Positions 63,116 to 64,000 of a stretch of DNA of 64,000 nt are shown in pieces. A program made the translations under genes and the position numbers. The stretch's first letter is position 1. Every line of letters begins with the position of its first letter. The notes under the pieces were generated by a model. That model was not told the origin of the DNA. It did not search any database and saw only the letters and a program-made list of their open reading frames with translations. Source of the DNA: Raillietiella orientalis (taxonomy: Eukaryota); contig JAYWIR010000028.1 of NCBI GenBank assembly GCA_036172245.1, positions 2,542,001 to 2,606,000 of the forward strand. Reading direction: 5' to 3'.

Positions 63116-64000
63116 AAGAGGGAAGGATGGATTCATTTTACTGCGCCAAAAGTCCACTAAATTGAAAATGGCGCGTTTCCGCAGACAATGCGATAAGGGG
63201 TTCGAGACCCGCTCTAAGATACCCGAGGAGTGGACAAAAGAAACCTAATTTTAGCGTTCTGAAAATTTGGTTTGACCCAGAACGATTCGATCCAAATCAT
63301 AAATTATCGATAGTTTGCAACCAACAAAAGTAAGAGCAGCAGCAACGGTGGCAGCAGCATCCTACAAGGATGATAAGGAATGAGGCTTACGATAAAACTA
63401 CGAGAAAAGTACAAACCTGAACGGACTTGAGACTTTACTGCCCTTGAGATTCTGGATCGAGAACCGCTATCTCGAGACCACGAAAACTCACGTATTACCT
63501 GTGAGCGTTCGTCGCTAACCTCAGGTCAGCTTCTGCTGGTCTCGATAATACCAACCACGAAGAAAGAAAAACAAGCCGAAAAAATCGCCGCTTCTCTTTC
63601 TTTCTTCTCTCGCTCCTTTTCTGTGACTCCGCTACTTTAACCGAACCAGGTTCGAGTCTCCTTTACATTTACTGAGAGATCGATCCACGAGGTTTGCTCC
63701 TCCTAGGTATAAACCATGGTGCAGCGTTGCAGGACAAGAGCACATTGGCGCTGAAACAAATGAAGACGATGGATACCTGAGGCTTTGCAGCCCCATCGCG
63801 GCGCCGAGCAAAGTTTCGCAGAGTTTACTGCGGAGAATTCATCGACGTTTTTGCTGTTTTGCTGTTGGCAACACTGAATCCCTAACTTTAGAGTCGAGAT
63901 GGTTACAGCTTGCGGTTAAGGGCAGACGTTGCCACTTGCCTGAAGGAGCGAACGAGTTAATTCGAGCTAGCTAAGGGAAACCAGCAACCTTGCCATCAGA

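Noticed and set aside
63165..63665. B-box-like GGTTCGAGACC (~63199) and GGTTCGAGTC (~63649)
   Set aside because: No tRNA fold and none of the SINE family's downstream blocks.

Overview
Eukaryotic, invertebrate-type genomic DNA; no prokaryotic genes or CRISPR array. About 1-57.5 kb is a patchwork of heavily decayed retrotransposon fragments in both orientations (Ty3/Gypsy, BEL/Pao and L1/Tx1-type LINEs). These were recognised by eye from residual motifs across frameshifts, so their boundaries are approximate. About 58.8-62.4 kb (minus strand) holds five coding exons of the coiled-coil tail of an unconventional myosin XVIII (Mhcl/MYO18-like), with two introns of only 43 and 45 nt. The most interesting structure is a pair of interacting repeats. 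(i) A tRNA-headed SINE-like element occurs in six copies. Its body is a ~40-bp tandem array that, read in the direction of the tRNA head, forms a series of cUNCGg-capped mini-hairpins. (ii) A Tx1/L1-like LINE family has six 3' ends here, each finishing in AATAAA plus a short hairpin instead of poly(A). Its 3.07-kb endonuclease-less copy sits inside a SINE copy between perfect 15-bp target-site duplications, and the same SINE/LINE junction recurs 26 kb away. A degenerate EF-1alpha-like pseudogene is also present. No database searches were possible, so family names rest on motif recognition only.
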